DNA of 64,000 nucleotides from a virus (IMGVR_UViG_3300020045_006153:275550-339549); one strand, 5' to 3'; shown: positions 10,661 to 22,200, counted from the stretch's first letter. Notes: generated by a model not told the origin, from the sequence alone. Numbers and translations are program-made.

Positions 10661-11365
10661 ATGCAAATTCAATCAACACCTACAACACGAACAGTCATAA
10701 TTGCAACTCATTGTCCAAATAATACAGTAGAATCGTATTACGCACATAGTCTTGCAGATAGCATTTATGTATTCGCTCAACATAATATTCGAATTATTCC
10801 ATTATTTATTAATGATATTCAGTTATCAGTGGTTGCTAAAAATGAAATAATTCCAGTTGTACTAGAAAATGAATGTGAATCAGTAATATTTGTAGATTAC
10901 AATTTAGCGTGGGATCCGTATACATTGCTTGATATTGTTAATTCTAAATATGACGCAGTTGCTATACCGGTTACTAAAAAAGTTCCAGGAAATGTAATTT
11001 TTGATTTAGACATTGGATTAGACTACAAAACAGATAATAATGGTTATATTAGTGTAAACTATGCAAGCCTTGCAATGTTTAAATTAAGTTATTCATTATT
11101 GACTGCGCTAACTGATTCAAGTATATCGATTACTAATCCGTCAGGTAAGGAAGTAAAAAACGTTTTTGAATACGATACATCTCGAGGAAAATTCTTTAAT
11201 GATAGTATTGTATTATGTAATAAAATTAAAAATTTAGGATTTACAGTATGGATTAATCCTAAAACTACATGTGCAAATATTGCCGATAATATATATGCGG
11301 CTGATTTTGCAGCAACACTTATTAATATTCCTAAATCTGATCAAATTCGATCATTATACGAATAA
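10661..11365 (+). CDS. Degenerate paralogue of the preceding GT-A protein
   Basis: Same layout (AKNE, FVDYNLAW, LCNKIKNLGFTVWINP) but the DxD and SED motifs are altered. Confidence 0.55.
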   Translation: MQIQSTPTTRTVIIATHCPNNTVESYYAHSLADSIYVFAQHNIRIIPLFINDIQLSVVAKNEIIPVVLENECESVIFVDYNLAWDPYTLLDIVNSKYDAVAIPVTKKVPGNVIFDLDIGLDYKTDNNGYISVNYASLAMFKLSYSLLTALTDSSISITNPSGKEVKNVFEYDTSRGKFFNDSIVLCNKIKNLGFTVWINPKTTCANIADNIYAADFAATLINIPKSDQIRSLYE

Positions 11366-11397
11366 ATATATAAGTTAATTTTCATTAGGAGAAATAT

Positions 11398-11697
11398 ATG
11401 ACAACAATTACAGACGTATCAACACTAACCACAGAAATTGTTATTACCCCTCGAGTAGTATCAACTGAATTTAAAATTGTAGAAATAACTGAAAATATTG
11501 CAAATCGAGTAGTTCGAGTAGAAATTGAACTTGGACCATTTACATCTGATAATTCAGATAGTGATAATTCTACAATGAGGGGATTAGGTCGCCGTTCAGT
11601 TGTAGCATGGAGAGGTGACGAGTATGATGCTGTTCGTGATACATGGAAAAATGCAGATCTTATTGCGCAAGTAACTGCGAAATTGCAAGTAATTTAA
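11398..11697 (+). CDS. Hypothetical protein
   Basis: TAAATA motif and SD aggaga upstream. Confidence 0.6.
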   Translation: MTTITDVSTLTTEIVITPRVVSTEFKIVEITENIANRVVRVEIELGPFTSDNSDSDNSTMRGLGRRSVVAWRGDEYDAVRDTWKNADLIAQVTAKLQVI

Positions 11698-11755
11698 CGG
11701 CTTATTTCTTTATACTAGGAACCTCTTGTATATTCATATATACTAATAAACATAT

Positions 11756-13087
11756 ATGAATAATACTAACAGAGTATTTGGTATGGTAACATCCAAATCA
11801 TCGGAATTTTACACAGATTGGGCATTGAAAAGTTTATTTGAAAATACTCGATTTCAATCAACTGATTCTATCTTCTTAATTGATAACGATAATTCGTATT
11901 GTCGTAACTCTCACGGTAAACTTAAAGTATTAAGAAATCAACATCCATTAACATTTGCTGAAAATGTTAATCAATTGATTCGACTTGCAAAAGAAAAGGA
12001 TGCTGATTTAATCTTTTTAAGTAACGATATTATTCTAACTCCGGGGTGGTTAGATCCCCTTGAACAAATAGAGAATGCAATAACAATTCCATCCTGTAAT
12101 CAAACTCACCAATACAGTTGGTTAAAACCTAATATGAGTTGGGAAGAATACGATGATAACTTTGTAGGCTTATGTGATATTTCGAATCACCATACACAAC
12201 AGGTTACTGGATATTATGATTTATTGTTAATGGCATTTTATGTATTTCGCCTACCTAAATCAGTATATACTGTATTAGGTGAAATGGATACTACGTTTGT
12301 AAACGGCGGAGAAGATTTGGATTACAGGATTCGCGCAATACTTGCGGGAGTAGATGTAAAATATGCTGCTCAAAGTTATGTCTTGCATTTTAATGGAATA
12401 TCAACTTGGCGTAAAGAAGATCCAATTAAACTTGCGCAACATAATAACGCATACCGAAATCAATTATCTAATAAATGGGGTAATGATTTAATGAATTTGT
12501 TAGTAGTAAGCGGTAATCCAAATGCTGTACTAACTAAGCATAATTTAATGAGTTTCAACCAAACAACTGATTCTCATAATGAATTAATTAAAAATATTTA
12601 CTTGTTAACTAGAAATAATATAGCATTTAAATTGAGTGTGGTGTATCATAAATTAACATCTGAAGTTAGACAAGAAATTATATCAATGTGGTTAACTGAA
12701 GGAGCATTAGATATAAAAGAAGCAACTCGCAGGGTCGACGAAGTAGTAGTAATTGCTAGAAACGAGCAAAATCAACTAGTAGGAGTAACGTCGGTTCAAA
12801 TAGATATGATCAACAATACTCCTTATTACTTTTTTAGAATGTATGTAAGGCAACAAAATCGCAATAGATCAATTCCTCGTTCATCACCTGTTATGTCGAA
12901 TCTAACTGTTGATTTTTTATCAACATATGAAGTAACACCTAAACCGACAGGTGTTGTCTCTATATTAGATAATCCAAAATTGAGTAATCGAATTATGGAA
13001 ACGTTTGGGTGGAATTATTACGGCATTAGTCCAATTGGTAAATCTATTTGGTATAAGAATTTTGATGGATCTAAAAATGACTTGTAG
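11756..13087 (+). CDS. GT2-like glycosyltransferase with a C-terminal GNAT-like domain
   Basis: LIDND, FAENVN, LSNDI, GGEDLDY; C-terminus QLVGVTS...FRMYVRQQNRNRS resembles GNAT motif A. Confidence 0.65.
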   Translation: MNNTNRVFGMVTSKSSEFYTDWALKSLFENTRFQSTDSIFLIDNDNSYCRNSHGKLKVLRNQHPLTFAENVNQLIRLAKEKDADLIFLSNDIILTPGWLDPLEQIENAITIPSCNQTHQYSWLKPNMSWEEYDDNFVGLCDISNHHTQQVTGYYDLLLMAFYVFRLPKSVYTVLGEMDTTFVNGGEDLDYRIRAILAGVDVKYAAQSYVLHFNGISTWRKEDPIKLAQHNNAYRNQLSNKWGNDLMNLLVVSGNPNAVLTKHNLMSFNQTTDSHNELIKNIYLLTRNNIAFKLSVVYHKLTSEVRQEIISMWLTEGALDIKEATRRVDEVVVIARNEQNQLVGVTSVQIDMINNTPYYFFRMYVRQQNRNRSIPRSSPVMSNLTVDFLSTYEVTPKPTGVVSILDNPKLSNRIMETFGWNYYGISPIGKSIWYKNFDGSKNDL

Positions 13088-13502
13088 AATTTTAATTATG
13101 GGGTTGCCCGGATCAGGTAAAACAACGTTGGCAGCAGTATTGGCCTCTCATTTATCAGCATTTTGGATCAATGCTGATGAAATTAGAAATCAATATAACG
13201 ATTGGGATTTTAGTGAAGCAGGTAGACTACGTCAAAGTCAACGTATGCGTACATTATGTGATTTAAGTCCGTTGACTTTTCAAGTCGCAGATTTTGTTGC
13301 ACCTATACCTGAAATGCGTAAAATATTTGCAGCAGATTATACTATTTGGGTCGACACTATTAAATCTGGACGCTACGAAGATACTAATAAGTTATTTGTC
13401 CCTCCATTTGAAGATGAATATGACTTTAGAATAAAACAACAAAATGCGAAGATTTGGGGCAGAGCAATTGCTGAAATTATATTAGAAGATTGTAGTGAGT
13501 GA
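13077..13502 (+). CDS. cysC: Adenylylsulfate (APS) kinase-like protein
   Basis: MGLPGSGKTTLA P-loop, NADEIR, DFSEAGRLRQ, FVAP. Confidence 0.8.
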   Translation: MTCRILIMGLPGSGKTTLAAVLASHLSAFWINADEIRNQYNDWDFSEAGRLRQSQRMRTLCDLSPLTFQVADFVAPIPEMRKIFAADYTIWVDTIKSGRYEDTNKLFVPPFEDEYDFRIKQQNAKIWGRAIAEIILEDCSE

Positions 13503-13701
13503 TCGCCCTGTTCGTAGTCTTGCAAAAGCAGTTAGTTGGAGAATAACTGGCACAATTGATACATTTCTAGTATCTTGGCTCGTTACTGGAGAACCACTAA
13601 TTGCTAGTGGAATTGCATTGGCTGAAATTATGACAAAGGTATTTTTATTTTGGTTACACGAACGTGTATGGAATAAAATTAAATGGGGTAGATTAAATTA
13701 A
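13495..13701 (+). CDS. DUF2061-type small membrane protein
   Basis: RSLAKAVSWRI...HERVWNKIKWG; this family typically neighbours sulfate-activation genes. Confidence 0.8.
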   Translation: MSDRPVRSLAKAVSWRITGTIDTFLVSWLVTGEPLIASGIALAEIMTKVFLFWLHERVWNKIKWGRLN

Positions 13702-14133
13702 TTCTAACAACAGTTCTAATTTAGTTTTAATAATTTTATTCCCTAAACTAGAACGAACTCCACGATGTAACGGCTTGGGCCAAGATCCGATATCACACCA
13801 TGCGTATCCACTATGTTCATCATTAAGTAATGGAGTAAACTCTTTATCGACTAGCATTACATACGTATTGTATTGAAATTTTTCATCGTTGCTAGTAAAT
13901 AATTCAAGTGGTATAACTTTTTTAATAGGTGGAGTTCTGCCTACTTCTTCGGATATTTCTCTCATTAATGTATCATACGGAGTTAAGTCGTGCGGCTCTT
14001 TTTTGCCTCCAACTAATCCCCAAGTTCCTGCAGTCTTTGCTTGAGTCCTAAGTAAGAATAAAAATCTTTTAGTATCTTTTGCTAAAAACAATCCCCCAGA
14101 ACATATAATTTCTGTTATAGAATTAAACGCCAT
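13693..14133 (-). CDS. NUDIX hydrolase
   Basis: WGLVGGKKE...TLMREISEEVG Nudix box. Confidence 0.85.
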   Translation of the reverse strand: MAFNSITEIICSGGLFLAKDTKRFLFLLRTQAKTAGTWGLVGGKKEPHDLTPYDTLMREISEEVGRTPPIKKVIPLELFTSNDEKFQYNTYVMLVDKEFTPLLNDEHSGYAWCDIGSWPKPLHRGVRSSLGNKIIKTKLELLLELI

Positions 14134-15500
14134 TTTTCTTTATCGTAAATACCTTCAAACGACTTGGCCCATTCTTGCCCGTTCCATTTGTATTGTATGC
14201 CTGTATATGCATTAGTTATATAAGTGGTGTTACTAATTGTAATTGAATTGAATATAATAACCCAACTAGTTCCGTTGTATTCAATAATGTCGTTTGCAGA
14301 AGCACTGAAAGTAGAACCCCATGCATCTGTTCCTATTCCGATATCTTCTAAAATAAGATAACGAGTACCGGCGGTAATTGAAGTAGGATTAACCGTTTGT
14401 GGATTTATAATTGCGTTAATTGTTCCGCTAGTTATGATCGGCCCTACTAGTGAAGTATTTGTTGAGACAGTATCTTGGTCAATGTTTAAACTCATTAACG
14501 ATTCGTTAGTTGGGTTTAAAGTTAAGTAAGCAACAATTTCGTGACCGTCTGTTTTTGCTAATCTTAACTGGCTTAACCCTGATGTAAACTTGCCGGGATA
14601 TAAATCGAGCAATTCTAACCAAGAAGGGCGATTAGGAACATTGTCAACGCTTGTCCAACCTTCGCTAACATTTTGTTCACCCGCAGGCACTAGAACAGCA
14701 ACATTATTCAAAACAAGTAAATCGTAATCCATTGGGGTTACTACTATTTTAGCAACAGGCGTAGATCCACTAAAGAAATCAGATCCATTAATAGCATCTT
14801 CATATCCACCGCTTGATCCTGTATTAATTGGTTCTGCAAAAACATTTGCTATTATTTTAGTAATAATACCTAGTTTTTTTACTTTAACTGGAGTTGAAAT
14901 CCATGCCGGTGCAGTAAATTGTAGAGTAGCAATGCTCAAATCGTTTGTTGCGCCTTGGGGAATAGTTCTAGATTCAAATACGCAATTATCTGTTAGTTCT
15001 AAGACACTTAAACTGCTCCAATCGATATAATTATCCGAGGTTTGAAATTCAATACTTGGATTAAACAATACTGTAATTTGTTCCCATAGTTGTAATTTTT
15101 GATCTAAACTAGTTGTCCAAATATCTACATTAAATGTAATAATATACGGAGTTGGCATTAACTTTTCAACTGTATAATTTGCACCTTGAGTGTTTAAATA
15201 TTCTTTACCTTGTGAATCGTATGCGCGTTCTCTGAAACTTTGTGACTGCACAAATGTAGGATCTTGAATTCGAGTGCGATCAAACTTTAAATCCTTTATG
15301 TACACTGCAATAAACGGTGCACTTTGCATTATATTTTCGGAATTTTTATTAACAATGCTTGCAACTTGTTTGTTCATATCGCCAAATCGTACAGGCACTT
15401 GAACTAATTGCCCTTTTGCATCTTTGTAACTAAAGTTACTAAAGAAGCGCATTACTTGTGTTAAGTAACGTTTGATTTGTCCATCATAAAAGAAGTCCAT
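14115..15500 (-). CDS. Tail terminator/sheath stabiliser (T4 gp15-like) with C-terminal extension
   Basis: FFYDGQIKRY, VPVRFG, MPTPY, QLWEQITVLFNP; lies next to neck genes. Confidence 0.75.
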   Translation of the reverse strand: MDFFYDGQIKRYLTQVMRFFSNFSYKDAKGQLVQVPVRFGDMNKQVASIVNKNSENIMQSAPFIAVYIKDLKFDRTRIQDPTFVQSQSFRERAYDSQGKEYLNTQGANYTVEKLMPTPYIITFNVDIWTTSLDQKLQLWEQITVLFNPSIEFQTSDNYIDWSSLSVLELTDNCVFESRTIPQGATNDLSIATLQFTAPAWISTPVKVKKLGIITKIIANVFAEPINTGSSGGYEDAINGSDFFSGSTPVAKIVVTPMDYDLLVLNNVAVLVPAGEQNVSEGWTSVDNVPNRPSWLELLDLYPGKFTSGLSQLRLAKTDGHEIVAYLTLNPTNESLMSLNIDQDTVSTNTSLVGPIITSGTINAIINPQTVNPTSITAGTRYLILEDIGIGTDAWGSTFSASANDIIEYNGTSWVIIFNSITISNTTYITNAYTGIQYKWNGQEWAKSFEGIYDKEKWRLIL

Positions 15501-15501
15501 T

Positions 15502-16665
15502 TTAATTATCTGCCTTTGGTTTTAGCGCCTTACTTAATGCTTGACGTTCTACTATTACTTCTCCTGCAATGGTAGCAGTATTTGTATTGTTGATAAAACT
15601 AGTTTTCAACGTCTTTCTATCAGCCGTATTTGTCATAGTCATCCGTACATTTTCTTCGTAATTAATCCAGTGCGTTCCGTCCCATCTAAACAATCTATTT
15701 GGAAAATAGTCAGTACGTAAATGAAATTGTCCTCGAACATTTCCTACTGGAAATGCATCCCCGGATGTAAATACTGCTCCATTTGGAGGAACTCCGTCAC
15801 CGGTCATATATCCTACATAGAAATTTCTGTTAGGTGAATTAAGTATCATACTTGCATCCATTGCCGCAGTTTCGATGTCAACAGTAAGATCAACACTACT
15901 AGCATCTGCTAAATCTACAATACCTGATTCCCTAGTTGGAATTACATAGAAACTGCGAGTATTATATCCACTTAACAGCGCATCTGATTCGGCTTGTGCA
16001 ACAATTGCATTATTAATTTCAATACTTTTATTGTAAGTGCTCATTATATCACGTATTGTACTGTTACCGTCGCCGGACGGTGCGTCAAGGATTTCTTTAA
16101 ATTCTTGGCTGTCTACTAGCGGAGTGCATTTTGCTCTAAGTAAATGAGGATACCATGTTGCACTATACCCGGTAGATGGGCGGGTTACTTCAGAAATAAC
16201 ATAAAATCTTTTTAATGCGACCATTGCATCGTCTAATGCATACTCGTCTTTCTGGTGTGGTAATTCAATCACATCGCCTGCCATTAACTTTCTACCAATT
16301 GATTCAACGGTACCTCGCAAATGAAAGTGTATCATTAACTCGTCGTTTTGTAAAAACAATCCAAACTGTGCTAAGTTAAATACCGAATCAATCATTGTAT
16401 AAACACCGCGCAAACAGTATACATCTGGATCGTAATGTCTGTCACGATTTTCCATAAAGATTAAATCTTGTATGCCTAATTCAGGAATAGGATTAGAATT
16501 AATTGGGTTTCCTGGCGAACTTGTTCCAGCAGTTGGATCAACTGGACCTAAATACTTGTGTATCATACAATCTGTTCCGCCAACTTGGAATTGCTCATTG
16601 ATTAACCGATCAATAAGTTTAAAATCGTTGCCCTTTTCCGGGCGGTAGAGTGAAAGTCTAGGCAT
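15502..16665 (-). CDS. Neck protein (T4 gp14-like)
   Basis: LAQFGLFLQNDE, GDVIELPH; context. Confidence 0.65.
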   Translation of the reverse strand: MPRLSLYRPEKGNDFKLIDRLINEQFQVGGTDCMIHKYLGPVDPTAGTSSPGNPINSNPIPELGIQDLIFMENRDRHYDPDVYCLRGVYTMIDSVFNLAQFGLFLQNDELMIHFHLRGTVESIGRKLMAGDVIELPHQKDEYALDDAMVALKRFYVISEVTRPSTGYSATWYPHLLRAKCTPLVDSQEFKEILDAPSGDGNSTIRDIMSTYNKSIEINNAIVAQAESDALLSGYNTRSFYVIPTRESGIVDLADASSVDLTVDIETAAMDASMILNSPNRNFYVGYMTGDGVPPNGAVFTSGDAFPVGNVRGQFHLRTDYFPNRLFRWDGTHWINYEENVRMTMTNTADRKTLKTSFINNTNTATIAGEVIVERQALSKALKPKADN

Positions 16666-16676
16666 AGTAAGTGTAT

Positions 16677-17315
16677 TTATGGCTGTTTTGTTTTACAGTT
16701 ATCACCATGCCATCTAAAGAAATTAGTGCCAGCAACTGCTTTGCTGCAATGAATGCATGTATATTTTGTCCTATTTTGTGCCTTCTCTCGTATCTTGTTT
16801 AATGTTATGAGAGAATGCGATTTACCTTGATTCCATGTACCTACTGTATCAGCGACTGCTTTACGACGAATAGACATTAATTCTTTTTCTTCTGATGTTC
16901 TAGGTATACCTTTATTCCAAGCAACATTTCCAGTATTTGCTTTTGATATTTTTTGTTTTGTTTCTGCAGATGTAACTACCCCTTGTCTAGTGGATCCGAA
17001 TTGCTTTCTTAAAAATTCATAAGTGTGCGAACACGGGTAATACCTGTCTTGAAAATCTGCACCTTTAACGGTCATTCTCCATACTGCACGTTTCATTTTT
17101 ATTAGACTAAGACCTTCGGTCATTTTAGTTAATAATCTATGACAAATAAAATGTTCTCGCGCAGTTAATTTTACTAAATTATCTTTGAAGTTGCTTCCTC
17201 CTATGCTTTTAGGAATAATATGATGTTTTTCAGAATATCCAATAATAGATGATCGACTTTGAGCGCGATTAATAATTTGAGTATACCAAGTGGTATACTT
17301 GTTAGGTAAATACAT
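16677..17315 (-). mobile_element. Free-standing HNH homing endonuclease with NUMOD3-type repeats
   Basis: EKHHIIPKSIGGSN...LTAREHFICHRLL; SAETKQKIS, WNKG repeats; C-terminal CxxC...HGDNC. Confidence 0.85.
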
Positions 17316-17391
17316 TGCTGATGCTCCGTTAAAGCGTTAGAGTAGTTAGGCCTGCACGCCGTGAACTACAACTATTTATAAGAAACTTTTT

Positions 17392-18153
17392 ATGGCCAAT
17401 GATCTCGACAACGAACGTCAAAATGTAATAACATATATTCAAACCTTCTTAGGCGCAGGCCTTGTTGATGTGGAATTAGATCCTATCCATTATAATACTG
17501 CTATTGATAAAGCACTTATGCGATATCGCCAGCGTAGTCAAAATTCAACTGAAGAAAGTTACGGGTTTGTTACGCTACAAGTTGATCAAAACGAATACTT
17601 TTTACCTAAAGAAGTAATGGAAGTCAGACAAGCATTTAGGCGTAGCATTGGTTCTCGAAGTGGCGGTGGTGACGGCGGCAGTTTGTTTGAACCATTTAAC
17701 CTTGCGTATTCTAATACATATTTGATGTCAAGTTCTAACATGGGCGGGCTTGGCACATACTTTGCATTTGCAAGTTATCAAAACTTAGTAGGTAAGATGT
17801 TTGGAAGTTTTATTAATTTCTCGTTTAATCCCACTTCTCACAAACTAACAATTATGCAACGTCCTAGAACAGAAGAAAGCGTATTATTGTGGATGTATAA
17901 TTATCGTCCGGATTTTAATTTATTTCAAGACTCGTATGCAGGTCTATGGATTAAGGATTATGCACTTGCTAATGCTAAAGTTATGCTAGGCGAAGCACGT
18001 GAAAAGTTTGCATCTATTGCCGGTCCACAGGGGCCTACTACTTTAAACGGTACTGCATTAAAAGCAGAAGGGCTGGCTGCTATTGAAAAACTAGATTTAG
18101 AATTGATCAATAATTACGACAACCAAAAGCCTATGACATTTGTAATTGGCTAA
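17392..18153 (+). CDS. Neck/head-tail adaptor (T4 gp13-like)
   Basis: LGAGLVDVEL, WIKDYALA, KF...GPQG...LNG, FVIG C-terminus. Confidence 0.75.
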   Translation: MANDLDNERQNVITYIQTFLGAGLVDVELDPIHYNTAIDKALMRYRQRSQNSTEESYGFVTLQVDQNEYFLPKEVMEVRQAFRRSIGSRSGGGDGGSLFEPFNLAYSNTYLMSSSNMGGLGTYFAFASYQNLVGKMFGSFINFSFNPTSHKLTIMQRPRTEESVLLWMYNYRPDFNLFQDSYAGLWIKDYALANAKVMLGEAREKFASIAGPQGPTTLNGTALKAEGLAAIEKLDLELINNYDNQKPMTFVIG

Positions 18154-18211
18154 TAAAAATATTGACCTATTTGGCGCAATGCTATAAATTATAATATCGC
18201 TAGGGGATAAT

Positions 18212-18919
18212 ATGATTGTAGGTTTCGTTGGATTAATTGGTGCCGGCAAAGACACCGCAGCAGACTATTTGGTTAACTTCCATGGGTTTAGACGTGACAG
18301 TTTTGCAGGAACTCTTAAAGATGCAGTAGCAAGTGTATTCGGATGGGATAGAACACTTTTAGAAGGCCGCACTAAAGAATCTAGAGAGTGGCGTGACCAA
18401 GTAGATACATGGTGGGCAGATAGATTAGATATTAAAAATCTAACGCCGCGATGGGTGTTACAAAATTGGGGTACTGAAGTATGTCGACATGGATTCCACG
18501 ATGATATATGGATTGCCTCTTTAGAAAATAAAATGCGCAAAACCACCGATAATATTGTTATTAGTGATGTTCGATTTACAAATGAAATCAAAGCAATACA
18601 TGATGCAGGTGGAATTGTAATTCGCGTAAAACGAGGTAATGAGCCTGAATGGTTTGATGCAGCAATTGCATACAACAAAGGACCAAACGGTAATACAGAA
18701 TGGGCATTAGGTAAAGCCAAACTAGACCGATTTCATGTTCATGCGAGTGAATACTCGTGGGCTGGTGGCAATATCGATATCGTAATCGATAATAACTCGT
18801 CGATCGACGAGTTATTTGAAAATATTAGGATTGCTACTCGAGATCCGCTTAGAGATCAGGCGATAAAGCGCCTTGGCGCCATGGCATTTGAAGAGTATGC
18901 AGAAGGCGCTGACAATTAG
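18212..18919 (+). CDS. Deoxynucleoside monophosphate kinase (T4 gp1-like)
   Basis: GLIGAGKDT, FAGTLKD, TPRWVLQNWGTE, ISDVRFTNE, HASE. Confidence 0.9.
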   Translation: MIVGFVGLIGAGKDTAADYLVNFHGFRRDSFAGTLKDAVASVFGWDRTLLEGRTKESREWRDQVDTWWADRLDIKNLTPRWVLQNWGTEVCRHGFHDDIWIASLENKMRKTTDNIVISDVRFTNEIKAIHDAGGIVIRVKRGNEPEWFDAAIAYNKGPNGNTEWALGKAKLDRFHVHASEYSWAGGNIDIVIDNNSSIDELFENIRIATRDPLRDQAIKRLGAMAFEEYAEGADN

Positions 18920-19184
18920 CACATACTGATTTTAGATTGTTAAATCGGCAATTCTTTAAATTGCCATCAACATGAAACACATTAAATTGTTCCACATGCT
19001 TACTTGTAAATCCGCATTTATCACATTTAGGCTTTAATCTATATCCTGCTCTAAACCACGTCGGAATTCCGTCTTGTGATACCCTTGAACAATGATCACA
19101 CTGCGATCTATAGTGTGCATTTCCGTTTTTATAGTAGTTAATTGCTACTGGCCTGCATCCGCATGTCTTACATAATTGTCTCAT
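18849..19184 (-). CDS. Small Zn-binding HNH-like protein
   Basis: Multiple CxxC; VFHVDGN...N...NL...CANC. Confidence 0.65.
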   Translation of the reverse strand: MRQLCKTCGCRPVAINYYKNGNAHYRSQCDHCSRVSQDGIPTWFRAGYRLKPKCDKCGFTSKHVEQFNVFHVDGNLKNCRFNNLKSVCANCQRLLHTLQMPWRQGALSPDL

Positions 19185-19288
19185 ATTGTATTTACGCCCT
19201 TTGTCGCGCCCTTTAAACTGTTGTTTAGTTCCTTAAAAACGGTATTGGTGCTAAATAAAAACAAGTAATCCATTAAGGAGATTTAACA

Positions 19289-22200
19289 ATGGCAACACTA
19301 CAATCACCAGGCGTACAAGTTAGCGTAATCGACGAAAGCTTCTACACACCTGCTGCCCCAGGAACAGTTCCTCTAATATTTGTGGCTTCTGCTTCAAATA
19401 AGTCAAATGCTAGCGGCACAGGAACCGCACCAGGCACACTTGCAATTAATGCAGGAAAAGTTTGGACTATCACAAGTCAACGCGATCTTACAGATACATT
19501 TGGTACTCCATTGTTCTATACAGACGCAAGTGGTAATCCAGTAAACGGCGGAGAACTAAATGAATACGGCTTACAAGCAGCATACAGTTTGTTAGGCGTA
19601 AGTTCAAAAGCATACATTACTCGTGCAGATATTGATCTAGGTCAATTATTGCCTCAAGCAAGTGTACCAGAAGGTGATCCAGTTAGTGGCACCTATTGGA
19701 TTGATACAAATGATTCGTTGTATGGTGTAAGTCAATGGGATGCAATTAACAAAGTATTCACCCAAGTTACTCCTTTATTAATCGATAATACTAATAAATT
19801 AAGTGTTGCTGATTTATCATCTAACGAATGGACACCTAAGGATAGTTTCGGAACAGTTGGTTCTTACGCTATGGTTGTTACTAGCGAAAACACAAATCAA
19901 TTATGGTTTAAAAATACAGATAATGCATGGGTTGTTGTTGGGTCTAATGAGGAATCAAATTTTAGTGCAACTGGATTTGTTAGTTCTGCATGGCAATCGA
20001 GCTGGCCTGTAGCAGTTAGCGCAGGATTAGGTACTATTACTACTGGTACTATTACGATTAATACTCTTTCTGTATCTATTGCAGCAGCGGCTTCTGTATC
20101 AGATATTGTTTTAGCAATTAATACCGCAGCAGGATCTACACACGGAGTTAATGCAAAAGTGTTAGGTGGCAAAGTTGCAATTTATGCAGATGCTACTGCA
20201 ACATCTAATGGTACGCTAGCAGACGGTAAACTTACACTAGCAGATGGAACAATCACTGTTGCATCCATTGGCCTTATTGCTCAAACTTATGGCGCAGTTG
20301 CGTTATCTGTTCAATCTCACACACAATACCCGCAATACGGTACTGGTAAGAATCCAAGTGGAAGTGTATATGTTAAAACTACTGCACCTAATTATGGAGC
20401 CAGTTGGTTAGTTAAATATTTCAACGGTGCGACTCAAACATGGGGAACAGTTTCTGCTCCAATTTATTCGAGTAGTGCAGTTGCAACTAACACGTTAGAT
20501 GCAGCAGGTGGAAAAAATATTGCTACAGGAACTTTGTTCATTGAAGCAAATTATGATCACGGTATTGGTTCTGATAGTGCACCTAAGTTAGCAGAGTTTA
20601 AAGTATACCGTCGTACTGCTGTAAGTCCAACTACTATTGTAGGAACATACAGTACATCAACATTTGCTTCTACTGCAACTTTCCAAATTAGTGAAACTGT
20701 TGCTGGAAGTGCAATTTATGCAAATACTTCGACTATTACTATTCCTGCAGGAAGTGCAATTGCTGATGTTGTAACTAAAGTTAGTGCAGCCGGATTAACA
20801 AATGTATCTGCTGTATATAATACAGACGCTGGAACATTTACTTTAAAACATGCACTCGGCGGCGACTTCAAGTTAACCGACGGTTCTAATACACCATTGC
20901 TTACACTTGGATTTAGTGCATACAATATGACTACTAAATTAGGTACTGCAAACTTATACAATACCGGTAGTTTTGATGCAGAAGAGTTTATTGCAAGTAA
21001 TTGGAAACCTCTAGTATATGAAGCAAAAACAACTGCTCCATTCTCTACACCGATTGATGGTCAACTATGGTATAGTTCGGTTGTTGACCAAGTTGATATT
21101 ATGTATCACAATGGCGATACATGGGTTGGTTATAAAACAGCGTTTCCATTAAGTGATCCTGCTGGTCCACAAGTATCTGCACTTGCTCCTGCTACACAGA
21201 GCGACGGCACTGATTTAGTAACTGGCGATATTTGGATTAGTACTGCCGATATTGAACTATACGGACAAGCGATTTATGTATGGGACGGCGATCTATTAAA
21301 ATGGATTCAACAAGATCCTACAGACCAAACTACTCCAGATGGATGGTTATTCCGTGATGCGCGTTGGGCAACTGCCGGTGACTTAACCGAGTCTTCTACA
21401 ATTATTCAATTACTAAGCAGCGATTATTTAGATCCAGATGCTCCTGATCCAGCACTTTATCCACAAGGTATGCGTTTATGGAATCTACGTCGTTCTGGAT
21501 TCAACGTAAAGCAATATGTAAGTAATTACATTAATGTTTATGATAATGATGGTAAGAATGCACGGTTTGGCAATGATCCTATGGATGATTACGCAGCAGA
21601 TCGTTGGGTTTCTGTTAGTCCTAATAATGCTAACGGCAGCGGCACATTTGGACGTTATGCACAACGCGGATTCTTGGTAAAAGGATTTAAGGCACTTATT
21701 GATACAAATGCAGCAATTAGAGATACTGATACATTAGTGTTTAATTTGATTGCATGCCCTGGTTACTCTGAAGCAATTCAAAACATGATTGCATTCAACA
21801 CTGATCGTGGACTAACTGCATTTGTTATCGGCGATACTCCGTTCCGTTTAAAACCAACAGGTACTGATTTATCTGCATGGGGATTTAACACAAACAGTGC
21901 AGTTGATAATAACGATGTCGGTGGTGTTAGTTATGACGAGTACATGGCTATGTTCTATCCAAGTGGATTTACAAACGATAATACTGGAAACTATATTGTT
22001 GTTCCGCCAAGCCACATGATGCTACGTACTATCGCTAACAGTGATGCAAAGAGTTATCAATGGTTTGCTCCTGCAGGTACACGTCGTGGCGGTGTTGACA
22101 ATGCTACTTCGGTAGGGTATATATTAGATGGTGAATTTAAACCAGTTGCATTACACGAATCTATTCGTGATGTAATGGCTTCTGTTAAAATTAACCCTAT

